A DNA stretch of 64,000 bases from Octopus sinensis. Its lineage: Eukaryota. The position numbers and the translations under genes were made by a program. The notes beneath the pieces are model-generated. The model was not told where the DNA came from. It searched no databases and worked only from the letters and a program-made list of their open reading frames with translations. Of this stretch, positions 1-12,506 are shown piece by piece. How positions within the stretch are numbered: the first letter of the stretch is position 1; every line of letters starts with the position of its first letter. The stretch is from NCBI RefSeq assembly GCF_006345805.1, contig NC_043000.1:92814001-92878000 (forward strand), in the 5' to 3' direction.

Positions 1-239
1 AAACTGCTTTAGCATGATAAAATGTTCCACGTCCATATGAAATAAGAACTCTACTAGATTCCAGCAGTTTGATATGAAAAATTATAAGGCTTCCATAACC
101 AAAACCACCATCAAGAAAGCAGTCAGCTTTGAAAGGAAAATTGCAGCCTTCATTGATAGAAATAGATATTGTTCTTCATGTACTAAAAAACATTAAGTCT
201 ACTATGATAACTATGTTTGGATTAGTCAAATTATCGACA

Positions 240-500
240 CTTTTATGATGTCAAGATGGAGACAAATGACTCACTGGAGTTTAGTTACATCATCATTTGT
301 TATCTTATCTGGTACATAACTTAAGAAATTACTTCACAAGAATTGATGGGGATGATGATCATCTGATACTACAATCCAGAAACTGTAATCCACAAATAAC
401 TGATACATCTATGAAAACTTTGAACTTATATTTTTTCTAAAATTATAAATTACTCATTACTGGGGACTCAAATCTTATCGAACCCTTTTGGATGTTACCC
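240..500 (+). pseudogene. Possible highly decayed LINE APE-endonuclease relic
   Basis: ttactcattactggggactcaaatctt reads LLITGDSNL, like the APE 'IxGDFN' motif; the surrounding frames are broken. Confidence 0.25.
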
Positions 501-514
501 TAAATTTAAATACT

Positions 515-630
515 TTTTGGAAACAGGTGAGGATTGATGACAGGAAGGGCATCCAGCCCTAGAGTATTTGCTTTAGTAACTCCATCCAACCCATGCAAGC
601 ATGGAAAAGTGAACATTAAAATGATGATGG
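515..630 (+). mobile_element. 3' tail of family G (LINE-tailed SINE-like repeat)
   Basis: ggaaacaggtgagg..aggaagggcatccagcc..catgcaagcatggaaaagtgaacattaaaatgatgatg; same tail near 30550-30636 and 50870-50970. Confidence 0.7.
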
Positions 631-854
631 TAAGGTGGGAACTGATTCTTTGTCCCACAATTTCTTATGCTATGTTTAATTATAATAACACTACCTCTAA
701 AACCCTAACTAGTAACTTAGTTCAAAGCATTTACCTCAAAATCTCATAATGATTAATTAAAGGACAAGTATTTAAACACTCTTCACACTGCTATAATGAT
801 CCCTTATATAAAGGTGTCTTTGAGGATAAGTTAACATATATCGATATAAAAATA

Positions 855-1844
855 TAGAGAGAAATAAGGAACAAAAAAGAATGTAAAAAATAGAGAAAAA
901 AAGAAAAAAGGAAAGAGGAAGAAAGAGAAAAAAAGCAGTGAGAGAAAGAGAGAACAAAATATCATGGCAAAGAGAAAGAAAATAGGAAGGAAAGAGAATG
1001 AATGAATGAGAGAAGAGAATGAAATAAAGTAAAAGAAAAGGAAAAGAGGCTTGAAAAAGGAAGGAATAGAATGGAAAAGAGAAAAGTGAGAGAAGGAAAA
1101 GAAAAAGTAGGGAGAATAAAATGGAGAAACAGAGAAGGAAAAAAAGAAATAGAGAGAGAATGAGAAACAGGAACAGGAGAGAATGAAAGAATAAGTTAGA
1201 AGGAGAGAGAGAGAGAGAGAGAGAGAGATGAAGAGGGAAAGTGTGTGAAAGGTACAGAAACGGAGAAGCAGAGAAAGAGAGACTGAGTGAGAGAGAAAGA
1301 TACAGGGAAAAAGAAAATGTGTGAGAAAGAAGGGGAGAGAGAGGAACAGAGAGGAGAGAGAAAAACAGAGAGAGAGAGAGAAAAACAGAGAGAGCGAGAA
1401 AAACATAGAGAAAAAACAGAGAGGGAAAGAGAAACAGAGAGAAAAAGGGACAAACTCAGAGAGAGAGAGAAAGATAGTAATAGAGAGGAGACAAAAACAG
1501 AGAAAGAGAAAAACATAGACAGAAAGAGAGAGAAAAAGTGATGAACTCAGAGTGAGAGAGAGAGAGAGAGAGAAACAGAGAGAAATAGAAAGAGAGAGAA
1601 TCAGAAAGACATACAGAGAGAAACAGAGAGAGAAAGAAGCAGAGAGAGAGAGAGAGAGACATAGACAGAGAGAGCATTGTCCCTGTTATTCTTAAAACCT
1701 TGGTCTATCATTTTATCTCATGCAGCCCAAGTTTGTGTTAATCTTCTCAGTTGTCTGGTCAGAAGACCCCTAATTTTCACAAACCCCTGTGGAGTGTCTA
1801 TACAAGCAGAGAGGTGAATGTTGCAAAGCAAGGTGGATGTTGAG

Positions 1845-1890
<46 letters not shown>

Positions 1891-2090
1891 AGAGAAAGGA
1901 GAAACAAGGAAGGAGAAATAAAGCAAGAAGAGAGGGAAATAGGCAATGGGATAGAGATAAACAGCAGAGAGAAATAGAGAGAGAGAGACAGAATGAGAAA
2001 GAGAGAGTGAAAAAGATAGAGACAAAGAAGCAGGGAGAATGAAGGAGAGCAAGGGAAATACAAGGAAGGAGGGAGAGAAAGAGAAGTAAA
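855..2090. repeat. Two polypurine (GA/GAA/GAGA) low-complexity tracts, about 855-1676 and 1845-2090
   Basis: The plus strand is almost purine-only; this produces the F/L/S- and R/E/K-rich ORFs in the track. Confidence 0.95.
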
Positions 2091-2158
2091 TACTGCAGTA
2101 GGGAGCCCAGCATGTGTCACATTGTGAAATAAATCCTTAAGGTATTTTCCCTTCTAAG

Positions 2159-2260
2159 ACCACCACCACCACCACCACCAACACCAACACCACCGCCACC
2201 ACCACCACTACTACTGCTGCTACTGCTATTGCTACTACTACTACTACTACTACCACTACC
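2159..2260. repeat. (CAC)n/(CTA)n/(CTG)n compound trinucleotide repeat
   Basis: Directly visible. Confidence 0.9.
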
Positions 2261-3232
2261 ACCAACCTGCACCACCCTCACTGCCCCACTGCCAGCACCA
2301 CCACTTCTTCCCTGCTGGTTTCCTCACCCCACTGCCACTGCTTCCCATCAGCAGTACGTTCATTCCTGGACCCAGTCGTTATGTCATCTCCTCTCCATGA
2401 CAGACCACTCCTTACCAACCCCCACACAAGCCATATTGACACATATGCTCCTCCCTCTCTTCACCATTAATCCCTCTATGTCCTGCTATTTTCACCACCT
2501 CTGCTAGCCCCACTGCTGAAAGAATATCTAGAAATGTACTTTTGGTCTGAGTCTTCACAGACCCTTGCAAAGAAACCAATAGCTTCTTTTATATATTGTA
2601 TTTTGGTCCCTTTTGTTTTGCATGGCCATTCTGTTTCAACCCTCACCTCATCATGCCCATCTCTCATTCTCTTTCTCTCTCACGATTTCTCTCTCTCTCT
2701 ATCTCCCTATCTCTCTATCTCTTTATATCTCCATATAAACATGTGTGGAGACAAAGAATTACATACACACGCACACATACACGTGTGTGTATGTATATCC
2801 ACATCATCATATACATATGCACATATGTATGTCAATATATATTGTCTATAATATATATTTGTATGTATATGTATATATATATATTCATATGAATGAATGT
2901 ATATATATATATATATATATATGCATGTGTATATGTATGAGTGTGTGTGTCCGTGTGCTTTAACAATACTTGGCAGAAAGTACAGAGTGACTCAAGAGCT
3001 AAGAGTTTCGTGTGTTGCCACTTATCAACACAGCCAACTCTTGGGTCTTGAGTAATTCAGCAATTTCTTCCAATTATTAATAAAAATAACATATAATAAA
3101 TACTCATGTTTTGAGTTCTATTTTCCCTGTTTGCATCACAAAACCTATATATATATATAATTTATATATATATATGTGTATACATTTATATATATATGTG
3201 TATGTGTATATATATATATATATATATTTAGA

Positions 3233-4145
3233 CTAGCTGACACACCCAGTAATTCCTGGGAAAGCAGGGCTTATCCCTTGGTTCTGTTCTCCTAATTGTT
3301 TCGCCAATCCAATAACAACAATACAAAGTATGTAGCCCTTAAAACGGATTTTCTGTATTTATAGAGAACCACGAACTGTCTTACACAGGATCTTGTTTTT
3401 AGGAATTCCCAATATGTTATGAATACCCAAATTGTAAAGTCAGCTATGTAATAAATTTGAAATTAGTTACCCGATAGTAAGAATTCAAGTAAATTAGCCC
3501 CAAAAAGGGCTTTAATGCATTCCCAGAGTATATAGAACATAGGAAGAAATACTAATAAGTTATGTATACTAGAATTGTGAAGCATGTTACGTAATAACAG
3601 GCTAATCAGGTATGAGATAACAACAATTCAAAGTAAATAACTCTGAAAAGGGCTTTGTGCATTCCCAGAGAATATTACCCTCAGGGACACTAGTGTTGGA
3701 ATATTCAGGAATAAGTCACTAACCAAAATAAGTGGATCTGTTGTTTCAGAAAATACTATTTACTTGTTTAAAGGTTGTACTGGATAAATTGCGAAAATAA
3801 CTCTAATAGTTCAAATACTAAGAAATAAGCATACTCAATTTCATTTTTACCAAACAATTTAGGAAAATGAATGGGTTATTTCCCTTGGCTATATATAAGG
3901 ATGCCTTCCAGAGACAAATGGATTATTTCCCTTGGATGTTTAAAATAATATATATTAGATATATATGTATAAGGATCCTTTCCAAGGGCCCTATTATCAA
4001 TTTTTTTAACCATCTGAGAATGCCATGAGGTTTCCAGACATGAGTTCTACTCATGTGTCACTTTTCATCAATATCAATGAAATGATGTAGGAGGTGTTAG
4101 CTAACAACTCCACAAATTTCCCACATATGTAGTAGATATATTAGA
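3233..4145 (-). mobile_element. Non-autonomous Helitron-like element with two 5'-TC ends
   Basis: Minus-strand 3' end CCCAG-GAATTA-CTGGG hairpin, then ..tcagCTAG followed by T (3232); 5' ends A|TCTAATATA at 3959 and 4145; internal diverged direct repeats near 3480-3535 and 3625-3676. Confidence 0.7.
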
Positions 4146-4550
4146 TATATATATGTATATTTGATTAAGGAGAGAGATGGAAGATATGAGAATATTTATT
4201 AATCACTACAATTGTTTCAGCCCATTTAGGCTTGATAACTCATGGGTGGGATACTTAACAACTGGTTTAGGAGTATTTATCGGTGCTGGTGTATCTCTTC
4301 AGGTAATAATAAAATTGCAGTAGCAATACTTGTACACCAATGCTCTCTGGGTAATTTCCCTTCATTGGTACAGGACAACCGCCAGCTAGAGATAGCAGCA
4401 ACTCATTCTTGCTCACAGTATATACTTTGAAAGCTACACACAGTTGCTGATCTCATAAAGAGAAAAATAACTAGTTTCAAATATCTGAGCAAGAAATATG
4501 GAGAAACAGCACTGTACAGTAAAATGCAACTTGGCAGTCCTACGTAGGAT

Positions 4551-4900
4551 GATGTAACTACCTTTTTAGCCCAAGAAAACACATTTTCCAACTGGCTACT
4601 GGCACATGCTCTGTGTCTGTATATTGTGACCAAGAAAGTCTACTTCCTCCTTTCTAGCCTTAGCAATACCTCTAGACCAATGGTTTCTGGTTAATTTCCC
4701 TTCATTGGTAAAGGACAACCGTTGGCTAGAGACAGCAGCCATTCGCTCTTGCTCGCAGTATATAGCTTTAAAGTGACACAGATATCACTATGGCTAGAAA
4801 GAGAGCAGTTGACTGCCTTCTTCATAGTATACAGACAGAGATCATGTGTCAGTAGCCAGCTCAAAAAGATGTTTTTCTTGAGCTAAAACGTAGTAATATC
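4551..4900. mobile_element. Foldback MITE-like element (about 120-bp imperfect arms)
   Basis: 4551-4672 is the reverse complement of 4781-4900; the spacer recurs as a direct copy at about 4345-4445. Confidence 0.75.
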
Positions 4901-5060
4901 TTTCTACATCTTTCTACAAGGCTTTGGTTGGCCCAAGGCTATAGTAGAAAACACTGGCCGAAGGCTATAATAGAAAACACTTGTCCAAGGTGCCATGCAG
5001 TGGGACTGAACCTGGAACCACGTAGTTCATAAGCAAGCTTCTTACCACACAGCCACGACC
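4901..5060 (-). mobile_element. SINE family A, 5' half with a small internal duplication
   Basis: tRNA-like head (gtggctgtgtggtaag..ggttcagtcccactgc); ggcta(t/a)..tagaaaacact is duplicated. Confidence 0.85.
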
Positions 5061-5429
5061 ATCTAAACTCAACCAAAGTGTAGTTGTATGTTTTAAAATG
5101 GTGATAAGGTGTGATTTGAGGCAAATTTGCCTGCTCTCTCACTTCTAGGTCAAATGACAGCATTGATGGCCCTCTTATTGACTCATCAGTCATCCTGGGC
5201 TAATACAAACAAACAAGAGAAAACTTAATACTAAATATACACTATTTAAATTTAAGTGAAACATAAATAAAAAGATACATTTTTTTTATGTGATTTTGTA
5301 TATTCCAAATTTCGAGAGACAAATAAACAACCCTTGACCGAAGAAGCATCTGTGAATGTTATCACAACAGTTATCGAGTGGCCTGTTTACTCTAAATACC
5401 ATTTTTAGGGAGTAACTCTGAGTAATTAA

Positions 5430-5790
5430 TGCCGTCACCATCATCACCAGCATCATCACCATCATTGCCATCACTGCCATCGTCATCATTATCTTCGTCA
5501 CCACCATCATCACCAGCAACACCACCACCATTCACAATCACCACAGCCACCATCATCACCACAACTCACCACCACTACCACCAACAACATCACAACAACT
5601 ACAAACAACACCATTACCCCCACAACCACCAGCACTACCAGCACCAACACCACAACAATTACAACCACTACCACCACCAACATCATCATCATCATTATTA
5701 TCATTACCCTTCTCCTCCAGCTACTCCTCCTCCTCATCATCATCATCATCACCACCATCATCATCATTGTCATCATTGTTGTCATTATCG
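5430..5790. repeat. Degenerate (CAT/CAC/CAA)n tract
   Basis: Directly visible; source of the His/Thr/Met ORFs. Confidence 0.9.
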
Positions 5791-5997
5791 TATGTTTATA
5801 TTTGTGTGTGCGTGTGTGTGTATACATGTATGCATGTAGAAATATATGTGTATCTATCTATATATATAAATACAGTGTGTCGCCTAGCAAATTATTTCAT
5901 TTGCTAAAAACAGTCTGAAACCATTGGTCCAGGAGTTAGATACATATAAATATACCTACACACACATGCATACACACACACGCATGCACACACATAT

Positions 5998-6161
5998 ACA
6001 TGACAGGTTTCTTTCAGTTTCCATCTACTAAATCTACTCACAAGGCTTTAGTCAGCCTGAAGCTATAAGAGAAGATACTTGCCCAAGGTGCCATGCAGTG
6101 GGAGGACTGAACCCAGAACCATGTGACTGAGAAACAAGCTTTTTACCGCACAGCCATGCCT
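5998..6161 (-). mobile_element. SINE family A, 5' half
   Basis: ttctttcagtttccatctac..cttgcccaaggtgccatgcagtggg..accgcacagccatgcc. Confidence 0.85.
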
Positions 6162-6467
6162 GGTATTGTTAAGTCATTTCTGGTCATATTTCTATTGAAA
6201 ATACAATTTTTGTTATTGTAATTAATTATGAACCTAATGAAGACTATAGCAAAATATCATCAGCGTGATTAAGTTGATGTTTGGAACAAACATAAATTAA
6301 CCTGAAATTTTAATTGGAAATTTTAATCTAGAACACTTTAAAACAAGAGGTTTTTACTATAAAACTAAGTAAGCAGTTTAAACTGTTGTTTTGGAACATA
6401 AATTAGAAGAACTCTTGTTACAGGGTTTAAATTTAGATTGCTTCAACACAATTTCATATCATATCAC

Positions 6468-6630
6468 CAGGTGAGCTAGCAGAATCATTAGCATACTAGA
6501 CAAAGTGCCGAGGTCAACTTATCCTTTCACGCTTGATGAAATAAGTATCTGTTGAAGCATGGGGTTGATGTAATCAGTTACCTCTTTCCTCCAAATTTTC
6601 AGGCCTTGTGCCTATTGTGAAAAGGATTAT
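6468..6630 (+). mobile_element. SINE family B, decayed and internally deleted
   Basis: ggtgagctagcagaatcattagc..gaggtcaact..ggccttgtgcctat..aaaaggatt. Confidence 0.7.
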
Positions 6631-6801
6631 ATAACCAAGGACGTTGGTATCAAAAGGGCTCAAACAAATGCTCTTTTTAAGTTTCTATTTGCATGCATGG
6701 CTTGTATGTTTTTTGGCTTTTGTAACAGGTGATGATGATATATCTACACCTTTCATTGTGTAAGCTGCTTCTCTGTACTTCATCTGTGTGTATATCATCT
6801 A

Positions 6802-6833
<32 letters not shown>

Positions 6834-6842
6834 TATATATGA

Positions 6843-7192
6843 GCAAAACGCTCCCGTCCAATGGACAGTGCTGAGTTGTCAAACATTTAAACCAAATTTA
6901 CTCTGACCATCCCATAGGCCTCCCCTTTAAGAAACACTGATTTAATCTAAATTTGAGGCACCAGCAAAAGAAGAAATAAAGATAGACTTTTTTTCCATTC
7001 CAAAGAAAAACAATTTTATTCACTTTATCGATCGCATTCTTGCCTGGAATCGATTTTTGTAATTTTTTCAAGACTTCTACATGTCCTGATACCGTCGGTA
7101 TCTACATATCAAATTTGAGCACAATTGGATGGAGGATGCCCGAGATCCTACAAGACACACACATACAGACAGGCAGAATGGATTTTATATAA
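6843..7192 (-). mobile_element. Helitron/Helentron-associated (HINE/Lep1-like) non-autonomous element, short form
   Basis: Colinear with 29760-30330 in the opposite orientation; tatataaaatccattctg + (TG/TCTG)n + 'ccatccaattgtgctcaaatttgatatgtagata' motif. Confidence 0.7.
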
Positions 7193-7399
7193 TATATATA
7201 TATATGTATATAAATATATATATATATATGTCTGTATGTATATATACACACACACATACACACATGCAAACACAAACTCACAAACATATTTATGTATGAA
7301 TGTGTGTGCATGTGTGCTTGAATATAATTATATGTATGTATCTTTATATGTATACATACATACATGCATGTGTGTACCAGGTTATTTTTGTATTTCCAA

Positions 7400-8880
7400 T
7401 TTTAATTAACAGTCCAAGCAAATTACATATGAAAAATGTTTAATCATCAAGATATACCCCATCCTTTTTATTGTCTCTTGCCACCATTGTGCCAAGAGCT
7501 CAATTCCTCGCTTATGCCATTTGGTTGGTTTAAAGACAAGAAAACTGCCAGCACCCATTTTCAACTCCCATCTACATTGTTGAACCCCTATCCATACAGG
7601 AAACAAGGCATGGCTCAGAAAAGATGGTAATCTAATGGTGCAAAGTCTGGATTGTAAGCAGGATAAAGCAGCACTTCTAGCCCCACCCCCATGGTCCTCA
7701 CTTTTGCACTAGGTCACATTCGCAGTGAGGGGCAAGGGCGATGCCATGATGTAGCAGTGTGTGTCTTTGATTGAAAAATGCTGAGTAGTGGGCTTTCAAA
7801 ATATTATATACTTGCTGTGGTGGTTGAGCATAAGGGCTAAAGCTCACAGCATGACCATTAGGGGCAAGCTCAACATGCAGCTACTCCTTGAAATTCCACC
7901 AAATACACAACATGACGTTTTATTTGACAACAGGTTCTGAAGCCTGACCAGAACAAAGCCCCTAATTTCTCTGATTAGCATTATGAAAATAGATCGTGGA
8001 GGCACATGGCCTAGTGGTTAGAGCAGTGGACTCGCGGTGGAGGGATCCTGAGTTCGAATCTCAGACCGGGTGATGTGTGTGTTTATCAGCGAAACACCTA
8101 ATTTCCATGCGGCTCCGGTAGAAGGTAATGGTGATCTTCTGCTGACTCTTTCGCCACAACTTTCTCTCACGCTTTCCTCCTGCATCTTGCAGCTCACCTG
8201 CAACAGACCGGCGTCCCACCCAGGTGGGGAACCTATACACCAAGGAAACCGAGAAACCAGCCCTTATGAGCCAGGCATGGCTCGAGAAGAAACAAAATGA
8301 AAATAGATCCATTTTACATCAGCAGCCACAACTCAACACCAAAAACTGGCATCTCAAAGATATGCCAGCAGTTGTTTGCAAATATTTACATGTCATTGAA
8401 CCTTGTAATCAGTCAGGTTATGAAGAACTTCTTGATAGCATCTGTTCACAAGGCCGAGCTTATGGAGTTATCAACTGACAGTTCTTTGAGAAGGACCAAG
8501 TTTTACTGTCAATGTGCAATTACATGTGTTTGACTTTTGTTCAACCATTTCAAGTAAGGCCTCATCTTCTACAACAGACAGTCTTCTTAACTTTGGTTTG
8601 TCTTTGAGGCTGGTGTCACCTGTTTTGAAATGTTCGAACCAGTTCTGTACCCCTTATTTGTTGACAGTTCCTGGGCCCTCCACGTAATTAATTCCTCTTG
8701 ATACTGCCCTGGTACTCAGTTCTTTTCTCCACAGGTAATGTAAAATGGTTCTAATTAGAATATTTTCACTACTCATTATCAAAGTTGTAAATTAAAGAAT
8801 AAGCAATTATTGTTTACATAAGAAAATAAAGAACGAACATTTCAGCAACGACTGTACAAGAAGTTTTATCAAATTAATGA
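7400..8880 (-). mobile_element. Decayed near full-length mariner transposon, split by SINE C
   Basis: Minus-strand motifs in the expected order: WFEHFKTGDTSLKDKP, QEVLHNL (WVPHEL-like), VVAADVKWIYF (first D), VMLCIWWNFK, LHHGIA..HTA, EVLLYPAYNPDFAPLDYHLF (YSPDLAP-like), KRGIELLAQWWQETI; many stops. Confidence 0.9.
7996..8296 (+). mobile_element. SINE family C, full length with 13-bp TSD
   Basis: A-box tggcctagtggtt, B-box gagttcgaatc; perfect TSD atgaaaatagatc at 7983-7995 and 8297-8309. Confidence 0.95.
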
Positions 8881-9795
8881 TACAATATGGAGGTACAAAT
8901 TGCCAGAAATCATCAGTGGAAATCCAAAGAAACTTTTGATTTAAATTGGTGTGTATGTATGTATGGATGCATGTATGTATGTATGTATGTATGTATGTAT
9001 GTATGTATGTATGTATGTATGTATGTATGTATGTACATATCTATGTATGTATGTATGCATGTATGTATACATTATATGAATGTGTACATGCATACATCAG
9101 TACATAATTATGTAGTTCACACCAAAATTTGAAAATGTAACAAAATGTTAGCAGAAAAAATACACTAAAAATTTCAGGTTAATTAGCAAAGTGAAGATTC
9201 ATCAGAATTAGTTAAATATTTGACAGAATTACAGCTCTAATTCAATAAAATTCTTGAAAAACAGACACAGACAAATGTGATTGAATTTACGAAATCCATG
9301 TATTCAACAATAATATATATCAATTAGATACCAGCAAATAAATTAAATATTCCTTTAAAGTGGGTATTTTTTCTTCAATTTTGTTTTATAAATCATCTCA
9401 TTTTTAAGTATTTCTTGTTTCTTTTTGTTTGGCTTTCCCTTTATGTTTTTGTCTAATTGCTTTTTATATTTTAAAGTATCAATTTCTGTTTGGTGCATTT
9501 TTCCTTTTTTTATTTGGTTTTATTGAGGATGGTTGATGGGGTCAGATTATTCTTAGACTAATTTAATCGTTAATCTACAATGGTAATTCGACAATGTCCA
9601 TAACCAAATTGTTTTAAATTGATAAAAAAAAAAAAATAAAAGCCAAAGGATTAGTCTGCTCTATCTCTATCCCCACTTCTTTCTCTCTCCCTTTCTCTCC
9701 TTCTCTGTCTCTCTCTTTTGTTCTCTCTTCACCTCTTTCTAACTCCCTTTCTGTCTCCAGCCATTGCTCGATTACATACATGAAAAGATGTGATG

Positions 9796-9813
9796 ATAAT
9801 AATAATAATAATG

Positions 9814-9863
<50 letters not shown>

Positions 9864-9950
9864 TATTACTATTATTATTATTATTATTATTATTACTATT
9901 ACTATTATTATTATTATTATTATTATTATATTATTATTATTATTATTATA
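9796..9950. repeat. (AAT)n directly abutting (ATT)n, a palindromic microsatellite
   Basis: Strand flip at 9862/9863. Confidence 0.95.
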
Positions 9951-10817
9951 ATAAGCAACTCAAATAAACAAATATCAATAAATATGAAAAGAAAAATATA
10001 CTGAACAAAAAAACAATACACCCATCCCAACCCAACCTCACCCTATTCTCTAAAACCAACACCCAACACCAGCCTCCAAAAACCAAACTTAAACAATGAT
10101 TAGAAGATTTCCCATCACGCATTATTAATTCAGACACAAATATATGTAATATTAACTTGCATTAGAAATTTTCTTTAATACCACGTCTTTTGAAAATTGG
10201 AAAAATTTTTCTAAAATGACCCAATATACAATGAGGATTAATTAACAATTAATTTTGTTTCTGCAACCCAATGGAAGATATCGGCCAAAGGTCAAGACTT
10301 TTAAAAATCTTATTAATCACGTTTGCTCTCAAATACAAATGTTTGCAAGATGTAAGCTTGATAAAGAGGATGGGAGAAGACTATCTGACAATGCGAAAAT
10401 TATTGCTTAGTTATATATGTATTTATATATTTATTATCTTTGTTTATTTATGTATTTATTTTATTTTGTTAATTTCACTTATTTTATTCATTTTATTTTA
10501 TTCATTTTATTTATTTTATTTTATTTTTTTGATATATGAATTAAAAATGAATGATCGCTGACCTACATATGAATATGTAAACAAGCATTTAAATATATAT
10601 GCATACACACATGCACAAGTATATGCGTGGATGCCTGAGTGTTTATATTTATGAGTATATATATATAAATGTATTTGTGAATAAATACATACACACACAC
10701 ACACATATATATAAACATATATACATATGTGTAGATGTATATATTATATTATATATATATAAGTGTGAATATTATATATGTGTATGTATAGATGTATATA
10801 TATATACTCGTATATAC

Positions 10818-10848
<31 letters not shown>

Positions 10849-11769
10849 GATGCATAAAATATGCATTTATTTATAAGTATATATGTGTGTGTGTATACAC
10901 ATACATTAATACACATATATATGCATTAGCACAGACACACACATGTACACACACTCATTACATTAAGCTGAAGCAGACTTGAACTATAATTCAGATGTGA
11001 TTTTGACAGGACAGTGTATAAATAAATACATACATATATATATCTATACGAGTGTGTATATTATATGTGAATATGTATATTCATATATCTCTCTGTGTGT
11101 GTATGCAAGTATGTATAAATATATATGCATATATATCTATATATGTATGTGTATGTGTGTGTACAGATGTATATATTCTTATATTCTTGAAATAGTTCTA
11201 GTCATAGGGTTTACATTAACATGTTCTAAAGGAATCCACTTAACAACACCTACATGATTTGTTGCTCCATTCTTCTCAATAATGCCTCAAGTATTTTAAG
11301 CTAAGAATTTGGGGGACAAAAACTGGAGTTTTATTGATATCATCAACTTCAACACTTGACTACCACTTTAATTTATTGACTCCAAAAAGATGTGTTGCAA
11401 GATCCAGTTGACAAACCCAAATATTACAAACTAATGTATTTTTATGGAAAGAAAAGTGTTGCCATAAAGGATATTAATGCCTTTGCAAATTCAGCTCAAC
11501 CGCTCAATGCTGGCTAACTTTTGGTGGGGGTACTAAACTTCAAATCAAGTATACAAACTTTTCTGCCAAATTGTTTGGCTGAAAATTCCTGAAGTATGGC
11601 TAGCAGTCATAAAAAACCATCAAATTCACCTTCAAACAAGAGGGCCATAAGTCATTTAGAAAGGTCTATATCATTTGTCTCAACAAATCGTTCTCTCTCC
11701 CCTTCTTTCACTTTTATTACACAGCATACTTACGTTTTACTCACCAAAAAGCACCAACCTCAAGTTGTA

Positions 11770-12170
11770 ATCATCCTTATTTAATGACCTCTCTCCATGC
11801 TGGCATACTTTAGACAGTTTGGCAGGAGCTGGACAGCTGAAGAGCTGTCAAAGTTCCATATCCGTTTTGGTATGGTTTCTATAGCTGAATGCCCTTCCTA
11901 ATGCCAACCACTTTACAGAGTGTACTGGGTGCTTTTATACAGCTCTGGTAGTGATACCTTTTATATGGCACCAGCAGTGATGAACCCACCAGGTTAAGAT
12001 CATTCAGCTGAGGAGTGATGTAGGAGACACATGCCTGTATGTAAGAACAACCATGATTTCACTTATCTTGACATGTCTTCTCAAGCACAGAAAACTGCCA
12101 GAATTCTCACCCACTAAATATATCAATCACATCCAGGGATTAATTTCCTTGCTCTATCGCCATTACATGC
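11770..12170 (-). mobile_element. RTE-type LINE (family E) 3' UTR fragment
   Basis: ccatgctggcat..gaatgcccttcctaatgccaaccactttacagagtgtactgggtgc, shared with the RT-linked copies at 37600-38150 and 55905-57655. Confidence 0.8.
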
Positions 12171-12506
12171 AAAATATTCCTAACCATTGTTTGTTGAATT
12201 TCGCTTTATTTATTTATTTATTGAATGCATATTTCTAAATGCAACAATGCAGTTAATAAAGTATTTGAAGACTCAGTCAAACTTTAGTGTGATTATTGTC
12301 TACACATACCTCAGGGTTTGAACAGCCTAAGAAGAATATATGACTGTAGAAGAAAAATTAAGCTGTTCTCGGTAGGATTTGAAATCAGAATGTTAAAAAA
12401 AACACAAGAAATACTGCAAAGTATTGTGTCCAATACTAACAATTATAATAATCTGCCATCATGTCTATCAAAGTAATCTACTGGATAAGGACTGACTTGG
12501 TGTTAA

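Noticed and set aside
1751-1813. 63-nt symmetric exon-like segment between GA tracts
   Set aside because: Splice sites are only moderate and the peptide is unrecognised; such pairs are expected by chance in 64 kb.
5305-5408. Short frame KFRETNKQPLTEEASVNVITTVIEWPVYSKYHF*
   Set aside because: Only about 33 codons, poor acceptor, no recognisable homology.
7996-8070. tRNA-like sequences at SINE heads (also 24557, 27976, 37080)
   Set aside because: A and B boxes are present, but they continue into SINE bodies with tails and TSDs and I could not fold a complete cloverleaf; not tRNA genes.
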